This document shows, in pieces, positions 1-8,650 of a stretch of DNA of 64,000 nt; within the stretch, counting starts at the first letter, position 1, and the number at the start of each line of letters is the position of its first letter. The notes below the pieces were generated by a model. That model saw only the letters and a program-made list of their open reading frames with translations. It did not search any database and was not told where the DNA came from. The stretch spans positions 17,719-81,718 of the forward strand of contig JACRPK010000006.1 in NCBI GenBank assembly GCA_016214005.1, given 5' to 3'. Made by a program: the position numbers and the translations under genes. The stretch comes from Candidatus Wolfebacteria bacterium (lineage in GTDB: Bacteria; Patescibacteriota; Minisyncoccia; UBA6257; UBA9933).

Positions 1-212
1 ATTTTTGTTTTGCCGACGCCGGATTTTCCGATGATATAAAAATGGCGGCGGCGGTCTTTTCTTTTAATGCCGAAAATAAATCTTTTGGCTTCAAATTCAG
101 ATTCATAATTGGTGCGGCCGAAAAAAGAAACTTCTTTCGGATCGATTTGCCCGTAAATCGGCAAATCAGGCGGCGGCGGAGCGGATTTTATTATTTTAAC
201 TTTATCATCCAT
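1..212 (-). CDS. 5' part of a P-loop ATPase, TraG/VirD4-like coupling protein / DUF87 family (runs off window start)
   Basis: Manual translation from ATG at 212: MDDKVKIIKSAPPPDLPIYGQ...IFGIKRKDRRRHFYIIGKSGVGKTK. Has the DRxRHxYxIGKSGxGKT Walker A context. Confidence 0.75.
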   Translation of the reverse strand, partial: MDDKVKIIKSAPPPPDLPIYGQIDPKEVSFFGRTNYESEFEAKRFIFGIKRKDRRRHFYIIGKSGVGKTK

Positions 213-227
213 TATTTTTTAGCTAGA

Positions 228-818
228 TTATTTTTTAGTGATGATTTTTTCTTCATTGGCCTTGTTTTCTTCTAAAATTTTTTCGATATCTTTTGCAATT
301 TCAATTTTTTTAGAGAGAAGTTCTTCAAGCGCTTTGTGATATAGCCCGATGATTTTTTTCATTTCGTCAACGGGTAAAACAAGATCAGCTTCGTGGGCAA
401 GCTTGTTTCTTATTTTGTGCGCCTGCCAAAGGCCGTTAAGATTTTCCATTTCATATTCATTTAAAGATTTCAGCCGTTCGCCCATGTCTTCGCCCGGGTG
501 GTCATAGGCTATTAAAAGTTCATCAATGATGCTGTCGGCTTCAATAATCGCCAGCCGGTAATCGCGTTCGTCGCCGGATTTGATTTTTTCCAGAAGATTT
601 TTCCATTTTTTTGAAGAGACTTCTTTTTGTTTAATGATTTTTCTGTATTTGCCTTCGCTTACCTGCATGGTTTTGATGTAGTCAAGAGTTTCCGAGGGAG
701 TAAGTTTATAGCGAAGAGGTAAAGATTTTATCCAAAGCCAAACAATAGCGGCAATTAAGCCGATTATTGAAATAATAAGAAAAATTTTAACAACAGCGAT
801 AATGGTGTAGATAAGCAT
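228..818 (-). CDS. Conserved CPR hypothetical protein with N-terminal TM helix
   Basis: ORF track; hydrophobic N-terminus, then AIIEAD...G.DMGERL...AHKIRNKLAH. Confidence 0.7.
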   Translation of the reverse strand: MLIYTIIAVVKIFLIISIIGLIAAIVWLWIKSLPLRYKLTPSETLDYIKTMQVSEGKYRKIIKQKEVSSKKWKNLLEKIKSGDERDYRLAIIEADSIIDELLIAYDHPGEDMGERLKSLNEYEMENLNGLWQAHKIRNKLAHEADLVLPVDEMKKIIGLYHKALEELLSKKIEIAKDIEKILEENKANEEKIITKK

Positions 819-870
819 TATTGGCTAAATTATAGTATTTTAAAGTTAAAAATCAAATTTATCCTCCCCA

Positions 871-932
871 ATTTTCGCCATTAACTTTTTTATTTTCGTG
901 AGTATAATACAGTGTAGAAACCTTGAAAAATA
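871..932 (+). promoter_or_regulatory. Cassette promoter repeat copy 1 (TTAACT-N16-TATAAT plus boxA-like ACCTTGAAAAAT)
   Basis: Near-identical to 7 other copies in 2.4-13.8 kb. Confidence 0.85.
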
Positions 933-992
933 AAAATCTAGTCAATTTTTATTTTGACTAATTAACAAAGACTGGAAAGGAGAAGGTGAAAT

Positions 993-1097
993 ATGATAGG
1001 TCCTGAGGACTGGGACGACACTGCCTCAAAAGAGCAGGGGAACGATGGCGAGGATAGCGCCGATTCCAGTAGCAATTCCGATGGCTCTGACAGATAG
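993..1097 (+). CDS. 34-aa acidic peptide MIGPEDWDDTASKEQGNDGEDSADSSSNSDGSDR (not in ORF track)
   Basis: SD GGAAAGGAGAAGGTG upstream, promoter repeat 1 before it, terminator hairpin after it. Confidence 0.7.
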   Translation: MIGPEDWDDTASKEQGNDGEDSADSSSNSDGSDR

Positions 1098-1110
1098 AGC
1101 CCCGCGCCAT

Positions 1111-1148
1111 AATCCGCTTTCTCAAAAGGAAAGCGGATTTATATTTTT
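1111..1148 (+). terminator. Intrinsic terminator-like hairpin after peptide 1
   Basis: AATCCGCTTTC/GAAAGCGGATT stem followed by T-rich tract. Confidence 0.75.
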
Positions 1149-1156
1149 GGAACTTA

Positions 1157-2434
1157 ATGATATTATTTTTAAATATGGCTTTTTATAATAAACAATTCCA
1201 ATCATTTCAATTGAAGAATGGTTTGAATATCATTACTCGCCAAGATAATAATTCGGATATAGCGACATTATCATTTCGAATTAAGGCAGGCTCGCGATAT
1301 GAAAAAGAAAATGAGCTTGGTTATGCCCATCTTTTAGAACATATGCTTTTGAAAGGAACAAAAAATTTTCCTTCTCCTTTTGAAATTGGATATGCCGTTG
1401 ACAGGGCGGGGGCTTATTTAAATGCTTCTACTGGGCAGGAGTTGTCCAGCGTTTATATCCAAGTTGCCAAAGAAAAATGGCAAGAAATGTTTAAATTGCT
1501 TTGTGATATAATTTCAAACCCGATTTTTCAAAAAGAAATTTTTGAAAACGAGAAAAAAGTTATTTTTCAGGAAATCAAAAAAACGAATGATAATCCTAAT
1601 AAATATCTGTGGATCAAAACAATTAAAAATATTTTTAAAAATCATCCGCTTTCTCATCATCCGCTTGGTGATGAAGAAATTATCAAAAAAGCGGTCGTTG
1701 AAAATTTAATAGATTATCGGGAAAGATTATTTATTCCAAATAATATGGTTTTGATTGCCAATGGCGCGATTGATAATGAAGAATTGATAAGAATAACCGA
1801 ACAAGAATTTTCTGTTCAAGATAATATTCAACAAAAAAGCGGCCAGTTCGATTATTCTGTTCCTCAAATAAATAAAGGGGAAGGTTTCGAATATTTTAAT
1901 AGCAGTCAATCTTATTTTAATTTTAATTTTGTTTCCGCCAGGGCTGATTTAAAAGATTATCTGGCGCTTCAATTAATCTCTATTTTTTTGGGTTCTCTTA
2001 AAACATCAATTTTATATCAAGAGTTAAGGCAAAAAATGGGGTTAGTTTATAATGTTAACGCTTATAATACCGGCTATCAGGATGCAAATTTATTTTATAT
2101 TGAAACTTCCAGCAATTATCCGGACAAAGTTATCCCCATAGTAATTGAAAAATTGTTAAATTTTGAAAAATATTTTTCAGAGAGCCTTCTAAAAGAATAT
2201 CAAGAACAATATGTAAATTCTTTAATCCGTAAATTAAGCGATCCATTCAATGAAATAAAGTTTTTGTCAGAATATTGGTTTCTCTATAATGGCATTAATC
2301 AGCTTTCGGATTTAATCAATATTATAAATTCAATAAAATATGAAGATTTATTTAGGATTAAAAATCAATATTTGAACGAAAATAATCTGTTTATTATGAA
2401 AATCGGCAAAGATAATCCGCAAATCCCCGCATAA
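1157..2434 (+). CDS. M16 family zinc peptidase (pitrilysin/PqqL-like)
   Basis: G.AHLLEH inverted zinc motif, LYQELRQKMGLVY. Stop codon lies inside promoter repeat 2. Confidence 0.92.
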   Translation: MILFLNMAFYNKQFQSFQLKNGLNIITRQDNNSDIATLSFRIKAGSRYEKENELGYAHLLEHMLLKGTKNFPSPFEIGYAVDRAGAYLNASTGQELSSVYIQVAKEKWQEMFKLLCDIISNPIFQKEIFENEKKVIFQEIKKTNDNPNKYLWIKTIKNIFKNHPLSHHPLGDEEIIKKAVVENLIDYRERLFIPNNMVLIANGAIDNEELIRITEQEFSVQDNIQQKSGQFDYSVPQINKGEGFEYFNSSQSYFNFNFVSARADLKDYLALQLISIFLGSLKTSILYQELRQKMGLVYNVNAYNTGYQDANLFYIETSSNYPDKVIPIVIEKLLNFEKYFSESLLKEYQEQYVNSLIRKLSDPFNEIKFLSEYWFLYNGINQLSDLINIINSIKYEDLFRIKNQYLNENNLFIMKIGKDNPQIPA

Positions 2435-2505
2435 AACCTCGCTAATTCCCCCCATTGACTTTTTTGTTTTCGTGAGTATAATACAGGGTAGAAACTTTGA
2501 AAATA
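2422..2505 (+). promoter_or_regulatory. Cassette promoter repeat copy 2 (long form, starting ATCCCCGCATAAAACCTCGCTAATT)
   Basis: TTGACT...TATAAT...AGAAACTTTGAAAA, matching the other copies. Confidence 0.85.
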
Positions 2506-2612
2506 ATCAGAGGAAAATCTCTGTTTTTATATATGGCGAAATATCTAAATAAAAACGTGGCTAATTTTTATTTGGTTTTGATTAACTTATAGCTGGGAAG
2601 GAGGATGCGAAT

Positions 2613-2714
2613 ATGGGCGGTAAAGGCGGTTCGGGCGGTCATGGCGGTGGCAATGCTGGTTCTGGCGGGCAAAACGGTCAGGGTGGCATTCGCGGCGGTG
2701 GCAGAGGCCGATAA
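2613..2714 (+). CDS. 33-aa Gly-rich peptide MGGKGGSGGHGGGNAGSGGQNGQGGIRGGGRGR (not in ORF track)
   Basis: SD GGAAGGAGG upstream; GC-rich coding island in AT-rich DNA; terminator after it. Confidence 0.7.
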   Translation: MGGKGGSGGHGGGNAGSGGQNGQGGIRGGGRGR

Positions 2715-2719
2715 TTCGA

Positions 2720-2761
2720 CCCCGATGTGAACAAATCAATGTTTACATCGGGGATTTTTTT
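2720..2761 (+). terminator. Intrinsic terminator after peptide 2
   Basis: CCCCGATGTGAACA/TGTTTACATCGGGG stem plus T tract. Confidence 0.8.
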
Positions 2762-2779
2762 ATTTATACTTTATAAAAT

Positions 2780-3424
2780 ATGATAAAAATTCCTTTTTAT
2801 GAAAATTCGAAAGACGATACTCATTGTTTTCAGGCTTGCTTGAAATCAATATTGAAATTTTATTTTCCTAAAAAAAATTATAGTTTTAAATATTTAGACA
2901 GAGCGACGGCTCACAAAAAAAATAAATGGACATGGAATAGCGCCGTATTTTTATTTTTAGAAAAATTTGGTTTTGAAATTATAAATATTGAAGATTTTGA
3001 TTATGCAAAATTCGCGCGGCTCGGAGAGCAATACCTTAAGAGAATATGGATAGATGAAGTATTTCAGACTCAAAAAAAATTTTCGGATTTAAAAAATGAA
3101 CAGAAATTGGCTAAAAAGTTAATTAAAAATAAAAAAATTAAATTATTAAAACGGCCGGCAACGATAAGTGATATTAAAAAATTATTTATAAAAAATTATA
3201 TTATTTTAGTGAACATTAATCCTTTTATTTTAAATAATAAAAAAGGTTATTCATCTCATATTGTGATTATAACCGATATGAATAAATCAAAAATAACTTT
3301 TCATGATTCCGGTTTGCCTCCGCAAAAAAATAGGAAAGCCCCCATTAAACTTTTCTTAAAAGCGATGGAATATCCTTATAAAGAAGACGCTAGTATTATT
3401 GCATTAAGATTGTTTTTTCTGTAA
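2780..3424 (+). CDS. C39-like (papain-fold) cysteine peptidase
   Basis: N-terminal HCFQACL, then SHIVII and FHD: plausible Cys-His-Asp triad. Confidence 0.7.
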   Translation: MIKIPFYENSKDDTHCFQACLKSILKFYFPKKNYSFKYLDRATAHKKNKWTWNSAVFLFLEKFGFEIINIEDFDYAKFARLGEQYLKRIWIDEVFQTQKKFSDLKNEQKLAKKLIKNKKIKLLKRPATISDIKKLFIKNYIILVNINPFILNNKKGYSSHIVIITDMNKSKITFHDSGLPPQKNRKAPIKLFLKAMEYPYKEDASIIALRLFFL

Positions 3425-3433
3425 GTTTGTGCT

Positions 3434-3493
3434 TTATCTTTAAAATATTTTTTGAATTAAATATATTCAATTTGCCCGCCCTTTTTTAATGAT
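3434..3493 (+). repeat. ~60-bp direct repeat of 17482-17537 (3' end of the kinase gene)
   Basis: Identical except for a 4-nt indel. Confidence 0.85.
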
Positions 3494-3511
3494 CAAATTT
3501 AATGATCAAAA

Positions 3512-3674
3512 ATTACAGCGTCAAGAAAATATGTTTTTCAGAATGTCTCGGAGGCGCAAAAAGCTTGGTCTTTTGCGAAGCAAAAGTTTTTGCGCCGAGA
3601 GCCAAGCTCTTGATTTTTCGCTGGAAAAAAATCAAAGAGCGGTTCTGAAAAACATATTTTCTTGACGCTGTAAT
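3512..3674. repeat. Palindromic MITE/REP-like element copy 1 (32-bp perfect terminal inverted repeat, internal hairpins)
   Basis: ATTACAGCGTCAAGAAAATATGTTTTTCAGAA and its reverse complement; related copies at ~41576 and ~55951. Confidence 0.85.
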
Positions 3675-3703
3675 CCCCAAAAAGTTATCCACAGCCTGTT
3701 CTC

Positions 3704-3820
3704 TCCCCATTGACTTTTTCATTTTCCCAAGTATAATGTAGGATAGAAACTTTGAAAAATACCAGTTCTAAGGTTAGAAACTGGTTAAAAAAAGAAAGAA
3801 AAGAAAGAGGGGATAGGAAA
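3704..3820 (+). promoter_or_regulatory. Cassette promoter repeat copy 3 plus type A leader (ACCAGTTCTAAGGTTAGAAACTGGT hairpin, purine-rich tract)
   Basis: Leader shared with copies 5 and 8. Confidence 0.85.
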
Positions 3821-4399
3821 ATGAAATTTTCAACGCGCCATATTATTTTACGACCAATGGAGGAGAAAGATTTATCGATTTTACATCAATGGCGTAACGA
3901 TGGCGATTTTATTCAATATTGTTCCGTTCGTCGTTATCCCGTCGAATACGAAGAATTTATTAATGAGTTGCAAAAGGATTTTAAAAATGATAGGCATCGT
4001 CAATTTATCATAGAATTACAAAAAGAGCGTAAGGTTATCGGTACAACTTATTCTTACAATTTTAACTCAATAGATGGTTATGCGTTTATAACTATTTATC
4101 TCGAGGAAAGGTACCGCTATCGTGGATATGGAGCAGAAGCAGTCGCGCTATTTTTAAGATTTCTTTTTGAATCATATCCCCTCTATAAAATTTATATGGA
4201 AGTGTATGACTATAATCAGCACGCGCTTTCAATTTTGCAAAATGCTAGTTTTGAAGAAGAGGGAAGATTTAAGGAACACCGTTTTTTTCGTGAAGAACGA
4301 TATGATTTAATCAGATTTGCATTTTTTCAGAAATCATTAACAAAAGTTTTTGAATTTTTAGAGAATATAAAATTTTATCGGAAAGGAGGTGATGTCTAA
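3821..4399 (+). CDS. GNAT acetyltransferase, RimJ/RimL-like
   Basis: LRPMEEKDL...YRYRGYGAEA...FEEEG motifs. True start is probably ATG 3821 after the GAGGGGA RBS. Confidence 0.85.
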   Translation: MKFSTRHIILRPMEEKDLSILHQWRNDGDFIQYCSVRRYPVEYEEFINELQKDFKNDRHRQFIIELQKERKVIGTTYSYNFNSIDGYAFITIYLEERYRYRGYGAEAVALFLRFLFESYPLYKIYMEVYDYNQHALSILQNASFEEEGRFKEHRFFREERYDLIRFAFFQKSLTKVFEFLENIKFYRKGGDV

Positions 4400-4599
4400 T
4401 GGGTTGGTTTAGAGATAAGGGAAAAGAAGGCATATTTCTTGAGGGGAAATCCAGTCGAGAGCATACCCATAGAGATGGTTCTCATGGGCGCGATGTAGAA
4501 GCATATCGCAACACATATAATGAGGGTGAACAAGTCCACAGCGAGAAAGCGGATGACTGGGGAAAGGATCACGAAAGTTCTGGCGATAGCGGAAAATAA
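4399..4599 (+). CDS. 66-aa hydrophilic peptide, candidate substrate or precursor
   Basis: SD GAAAGGAGGTGA inside the GNAT 3' end, overlapping start/stop, terminator follows. Confidence 0.75.
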   Translation: MGWFRDKGKEGIFLEGKSSREHTHRDGSHGRDVEAYRNTYNEGEQVHSEKADDWGKDHESSGDSGK

Positions 4600-4615
4600 A
4601 GTGGCACTTAACTAA

Positions 4616-4657
4616 ATAGGGCAGAGAGCAAATACTCTCCGCCCTATATTTTATTTT
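4616..4657 (+). terminator. Intrinsic terminator after peptide 3
   Basis: ATAGGGC.GAGAG/CTCTC.GCCCTAT stem plus T-rich tail. Confidence 0.7.
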
Positions 4658-4697
4658 GAGGTTTCATTTTAAGTAAGTTTAAATTATAATTTTTAAT

Positions 4698-5975
4698 ATG
4701 CGCGATACAAAACAAATATTAAAAAAACCATTATTCTATCTTGTTAATTTACCTCAAAAAACGGATAAGATTTATTTCGATATTTTTTATCGCAGGGGAA
4801 ACATATTCGATCCTCCAATGGCAATGGGCATGGCGCATATGCTTGAACATTATATGGTTGGGCATCTGAAACAAAAATACATTCGCGATCATTTTATGGT
4901 TGGGGGAAGCATAAGTAATAGCTTCACAAATTTTTATCTTATTTCCAGCACACGTCAATTATTGTTAGATTTGCAGATTTTTTTAAGCGGAATTTTTAGA
5001 CCAGAATTTTCAGATAAAACAATTTTTGAATATGAGCTTAAAGCAGTTCGGAATGAAATTGCCGAAAAAAAACACGACATTGAATCGCAGATATTTGATG
5101 TTATTTCAAAAAAAATATTTTTAGGCGATTGTCCGTATCGCGCGGCAAATAATGAAAAAAATAAATATTTTGAAAAATTTACTCTTCATGACATACAGCA
5201 ATTTTACTTAAAAGATTTTTCAACCATAGAACCTTTGTTTGTTATAGGCGGTTATAATATAAACGATCGTTTGCTTAAAGAAGTTATTATTCTTATTCGC
5301 GAATTTTTACCGCAACGATTGCACTTATTTAATCATTTCAATTTTCCCAAATGCATTCCTCGCAGTTTTAACGTTGAAGCGATAAAAAACAAAAACATTA
5401 AAAGTGGGGCATATTCAGTGTTCACTTTTCCCGGTTTTTCAATGCAAGATCATGATTTTCGCTTGAGAATGGGGTTGCATGTGTTGTTAAAAATACTCAC
5501 AGGAAGTTCGCCATTCGGTTTGTCCATAGAAACCCGCAAATTAGGAATCTATAATATTTCTTATAAAAATATTATGAGACCGAGGATAGGGATTGTTTCA
5601 TTATTTTCTTTTACTGAAAATAATCAAATTTTCGCTTTGGCAAAACTAATTAAAGATCATATCGATTTGTTAAAAAAAGATCTTATAAACGAACAATATA
5701 TTTCAAAAATTGTTAACGACGCAAAAAATAAGCAAAAGGCGATTTGGGAAAATAACGAGAATAAATATAATTGGATCATAGATGATTTTAAATATTTAAA
5801 GTTTAATATTAACATCACGGCGGAAAAGAAAATATTGGATTCAATAACGCCTCAGTTTTTGCGGGAAATTGCAAATACAATTTTTAATTGGAGGAAATTC
5901 AATATGTTTGTTATATATAATGATATAAATAATCCACAGATAGGAAAAATAAAAAAAATTTTTCAAAATAATTAA
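4698..5975 (+). CDS. Second, divergent M16 family zinc peptidase
   Basis: GMAHMLEH motif; length and layout of an M16B subunit. Confidence 0.8.
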   Translation: MRDTKQILKKPLFYLVNLPQKTDKIYFDIFYRRGNIFDPPMAMGMAHMLEHYMVGHLKQKYIRDHFMVGGSISNSFTNFYLISSTRQLLLDLQIFLSGIFRPEFSDKTIFEYELKAVRNEIAEKKHDIESQIFDVISKKIFLGDCPYRAANNEKNKYFEKFTLHDIQQFYLKDFSTIEPLFVIGGYNINDRLLKEVIILIREFLPQRLHLFNHFNFPKCIPRSFNVEAIKNKNIKSGAYSVFTFPGFSMQDHDFRLRMGLHVLLKILTGSSPFGLSIETRKLGIYNISYKNIMRPRIGIVSLFSFTENNQIFALAKLIKDHIDLLKKDLINEQYISKIVNDAKNKQKAIWENNENKYNWIIDDFKYLKFNINITAEKKILDSITPQFLREIANTIFNWRKFNMFVIYNDINNPQIGKIKKIFQNN

Positions 5976-5985
5976 CTTTGATCCG

Positions 5986-6124
5986 AATCCCCGCATAAAA
6001 CCTCGCTAATTTCGCCATTGACTTTTTCATTTTCCCAAGTATAATATAGTGTAGAAACTTTGAAAAATAACGCATCCCTGCCTGCCGGCAGGCAGGTTTG
6101 TGAATGTGTTAATAAGAAAACCGG
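5986..6124 (+). promoter_or_regulatory. Cassette promoter repeat copy 4 (long form) plus type B leader containing CCTGCCTGCCGGCAGGCAGG
   Basis: Matches the other copies; leader shared with copy 7. Confidence 0.85.
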
Positions 6125-6192
6125 ACTTCATATTTTGCTATCACTAATGATAGCGTGGTCAAAAATAAGTAAAGAAAGAGAGGAATTGAATT

Positions 6193-6576
6193 ATGGGTGG
6201 ATATTCTGAAAAAGATGCGGCAAAAGATACTAATTCTAGTATGAAAGAAACAAAAGATGCTTGGCATACTGCAAGAGATGATGCTGCTGAAGAAGGCGAT
6301 TGGGGTGTGCCAAAAGACAGACATGGTGAAGGATGTTTTATAGCGACTGCGGCTTATGGAAGCTATTTCGAGCCTCACGTAAAAATTCTCAGGGATTTTA
6401 GAGATATTTTTCTTGTGGAGAGTATTTTGGGAAGATTATTCATAAAAATTTATTATTGTATCAGTCCGTTTATTTCCGGTATTATTGAAAAAAGTGAAAT
6501 TTTAAAGAAAATTATGCGAATAATTCTTTCGCCGATAGCATTGTTGATTGAACATATATTTATAAAGCGCTTTTAA
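6193..6576 (+). CDS. Small protein: acidic N-terminal segment fused to a CFI-box-CTERM domain
   Basis: GCFIATAAYGSYFEPHVKILRDFRD...GRLFIKIYYCISP signature. Confidence 0.85.
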   Translation: MGGYSEKDAAKDTNSSMKETKDAWHTARDDAAEEGDWGVPKDRHGEGCFIATAAYGSYFEPHVKILRDFRDIFLVESILGRLFIKIYYCISPFISGIIEKSEILKKIMRIILSPIALLIEHIFIKRF

Positions 6577-6610
6577 GCGCTTTTTATTTTGGCAAAATTA
6601 TTCATAATAT

Positions 6611-6895
6611 GTGATAATAATAAATATGGGAAAAGAAAATCAAAAAAATCCTGCCTGCGTTATTTTGTGGCAAGATGCGGCATATTCATATGAGAAAGAA
6701 TTTCCGAAAGAATTTCCATTGCCACAATTAACAGCTGGTTTTATTATTTCCGCTAATGATGAAGACGATTTTATAAATATTGCCATGAATGTTGAATATG
6801 ATGAAAAAACCGGTAAATTATATCCGCTCGATGGATTTTTAATACCAAAAAAATCGAAAATTGAATTCAGGAATATGGGATTTTTTAATGAATAA
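6611..6895 (+). CDS. Small hypothetical protein (W.DA motif)
   Basis: ORF track; resembles the next ORF (VILWQDA vs KVYWADA, IPK vs IPR). Confidence 0.6.
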   Translation: MIIINMGKENQKNPACVILWQDAAYSYEKEFPKEFPLPQLTAGFIISANDEDDFINIAMNVEYDEKTGKLYPLDGFLIPKKSKIEFRNMGFFNE

Positions 6896-6900
6896 AATTT

Positions 6901-7161
6901 ATGGATAAAAAGAGAATTAAAGTTTATTGGGCAGACGCTGTATTTTATAAAAAGAGTAAAAATATTGGCGATGGTCTGACTAAAATGATAACTATTGGGG
7001 AATTATTCATTGAAAATGAAAAATTTATTGTGATAAAATATCCAAAATCAATTAAAGAAAATAAGCCATTATTATTTCAATTATTTAAGAGATTCTTATC
7101 AAAAAAACCCACTTACTTATTTATTCCCCGCGGAATGATAAGAAACATTATTTTATATTAA
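6901..7161 (+). CDS. Small hypothetical protein, probable distant paralog of the previous ORF
   Basis: ORF track; shared W.DA and IP.. motifs. Confidence 0.55.
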   Translation: MDKKRIKVYWADAVFYKKSKNIGDGLTKMITIGELFIENEKFIVIKYPKSIKENKPLLFQLFKRFLSKKPTYLFIPRGMIRNIILY

Positions 7162-7164
7162 TAT

Positions 7165-7310
7165 ATCCCCGCATAAAACCTCGCTAATTCCCCCCCCATT
7201 AACTTTTTTGTTTTCGTGAGTATAATACAGTGTAGAAACCTTGAAAAACACCAGTTCTAAGGTTAGAAACTGGTTAAAAAAAGAGAGAAAAGAAAGAGAG
7301 GATAAGGAAA
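7165..7310 (+). promoter_or_regulatory. Cassette promoter repeat copy 5 (long form) plus type A leader
   Basis: Matches the other copies. Confidence 0.85.
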
Positions 7311-8444
7311 ATGGTTGAATCGGCTATTGTTACATCACCGCTTAAAACAATGGTTCCAATCATTAAGGTGGTGGGCGATTTTTGCAATTTAAATTGCAAA
7401 TATTGTTTTTATAATGCCAAGGACCAGATTATCCGCCATGTGATGAGCAATGATTTGCTTGAAAAATTTTTTAGCGAGTATCTAGATCTTTTTTCTGGCA
7501 ATCTTTTTATTATTTGGCATGGAGGAGAGCCTCTTCTCGCAGGACTTCGATATTTCGAACATATTGTTGAACTTGAAAAGAAATATCTCAAAAAAGGCCA
7601 AACGATTAAAAACGCCATTTAAACAAATGCTACATTGGTAAACGATGAGTGGGCGCAATTTTTTAAAGCGCATAATTTTAAAGTTGGCGTAAGTTTAGAC
7701 GGCGGACAAGAAAGTCATAATCTATTTCGCAAAAATCATGGAGGGAAAGGTTCTTTTGATCATGCTATGCGAGGAATTAAAATACTCCGTCGTTATGGAA
7801 TAGAGCCTGGGATTATTCAAACTTTGACTCGCGCCAATATTTCGCGTGTTCAAGAAGATTTCAATTTTTTTGTGAATGTTCTTGGAATCCATGCGTGGGG
7901 AACAAATTTTTATCTTGATCTTGATAATATTAATCAGCTCATGCTGGATCAGAATCTTACCAATTGTCAGCTTGCGGATTTTTTGAGAAAACAAATTGAT
8001 CTTTGGCTTGTTCGAAATGATAGAACTTTACGCATTAGAGAAATAGAAAATTTTATTTCTGGCGTGTTTAATAAAAAAACGCCAAGTTGCGCTTTTAGCG
8101 GATCTTGCAGTAAATATTTTTGTCTTGAATACGATGGCAAAATATATCCATGTGATAGATCTTCTGGCAAGTCAGATCTGTTATTGGGAGATTTCTCCAG
8201 ACAATCGTTGCAAGATGTTTTTAATAGCGTGAGCAAATTAAATTATGATAAGCAGATTAATAATTTGCCATCTGAATGTTCAATTTGTGAATGGCTGAAG
8301 TTTTGCAATAATGGATGCGTTATGAACAGGGAAGGCGGGATTGGCGGTAAATATTATTATTGCGAGATGCGAAAAGAGATTTTTGCTTATCTTAAAGAGA
8401 AAGTTGGCGAATATAATCGATCACTTATAACACAAACCGCCTGA
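7311..8444 (+). pseudogene. Radical SAM/SPASM peptide maturase (anSME-like) with an in-frame TAA at 7620-7622
   Basis: CNLNCKYC, WHGGEP, NAI*TNATL (family motif IQTN, so CAA>TAA), full SPASM cysteine set. Both track ORFs are in the same frame. Confidence 0.85.
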
Positions 8445-8465
8445 AAAGGCAGAAAGGAGATAGCA

Positions 8466-8633
8466 ATGGATGGTAATATTGCAATAGAGGGAGCTTTCTT
8501 AAGAGCGGAAGAACGGTCAAATAACGATCTGTTAATTGAGACAGATTCAAAACGGCAGGAAGCTGTTTTGGATTTTTGCAAATGGCCAGATTGGAACAAT
8601 GCTCCGGATTTCACAGAGCTGGAGACGCTCTAA
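8466..8633 (+). CDS. 55-aa RiPP precursor candidate MDGNIAIEGAFLRAEERSNNDLLIETDSKRQEAVLDFCKWPDWNNAPDFTELETL (not in ORF track)
   Basis: SD GAAAGGAG; directly after the radical SAM gene; aromatic-x-x triplets; terminator follows. Confidence 0.75.
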   Translation: MDGNIAIEGAFLRAEERSNNDLLIETDSKRQEAVLDFCKWPDWNNAPDFTELETL

Positions 8634-8650
8634 TATATAAATATTCCGAC

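Noticed and set aside
3513-3722. Short ORFs at 3513, 41399 and 55780
   Set aside because: They are translations of the palindromic repeat family.
7620-7622. Stop-codon reassignment (alternative genetic code)
   Set aside because: TAA, TAG and TGA all terminate intact genes here (fusA, rpsI, polX); only one gene is interrupted this way.
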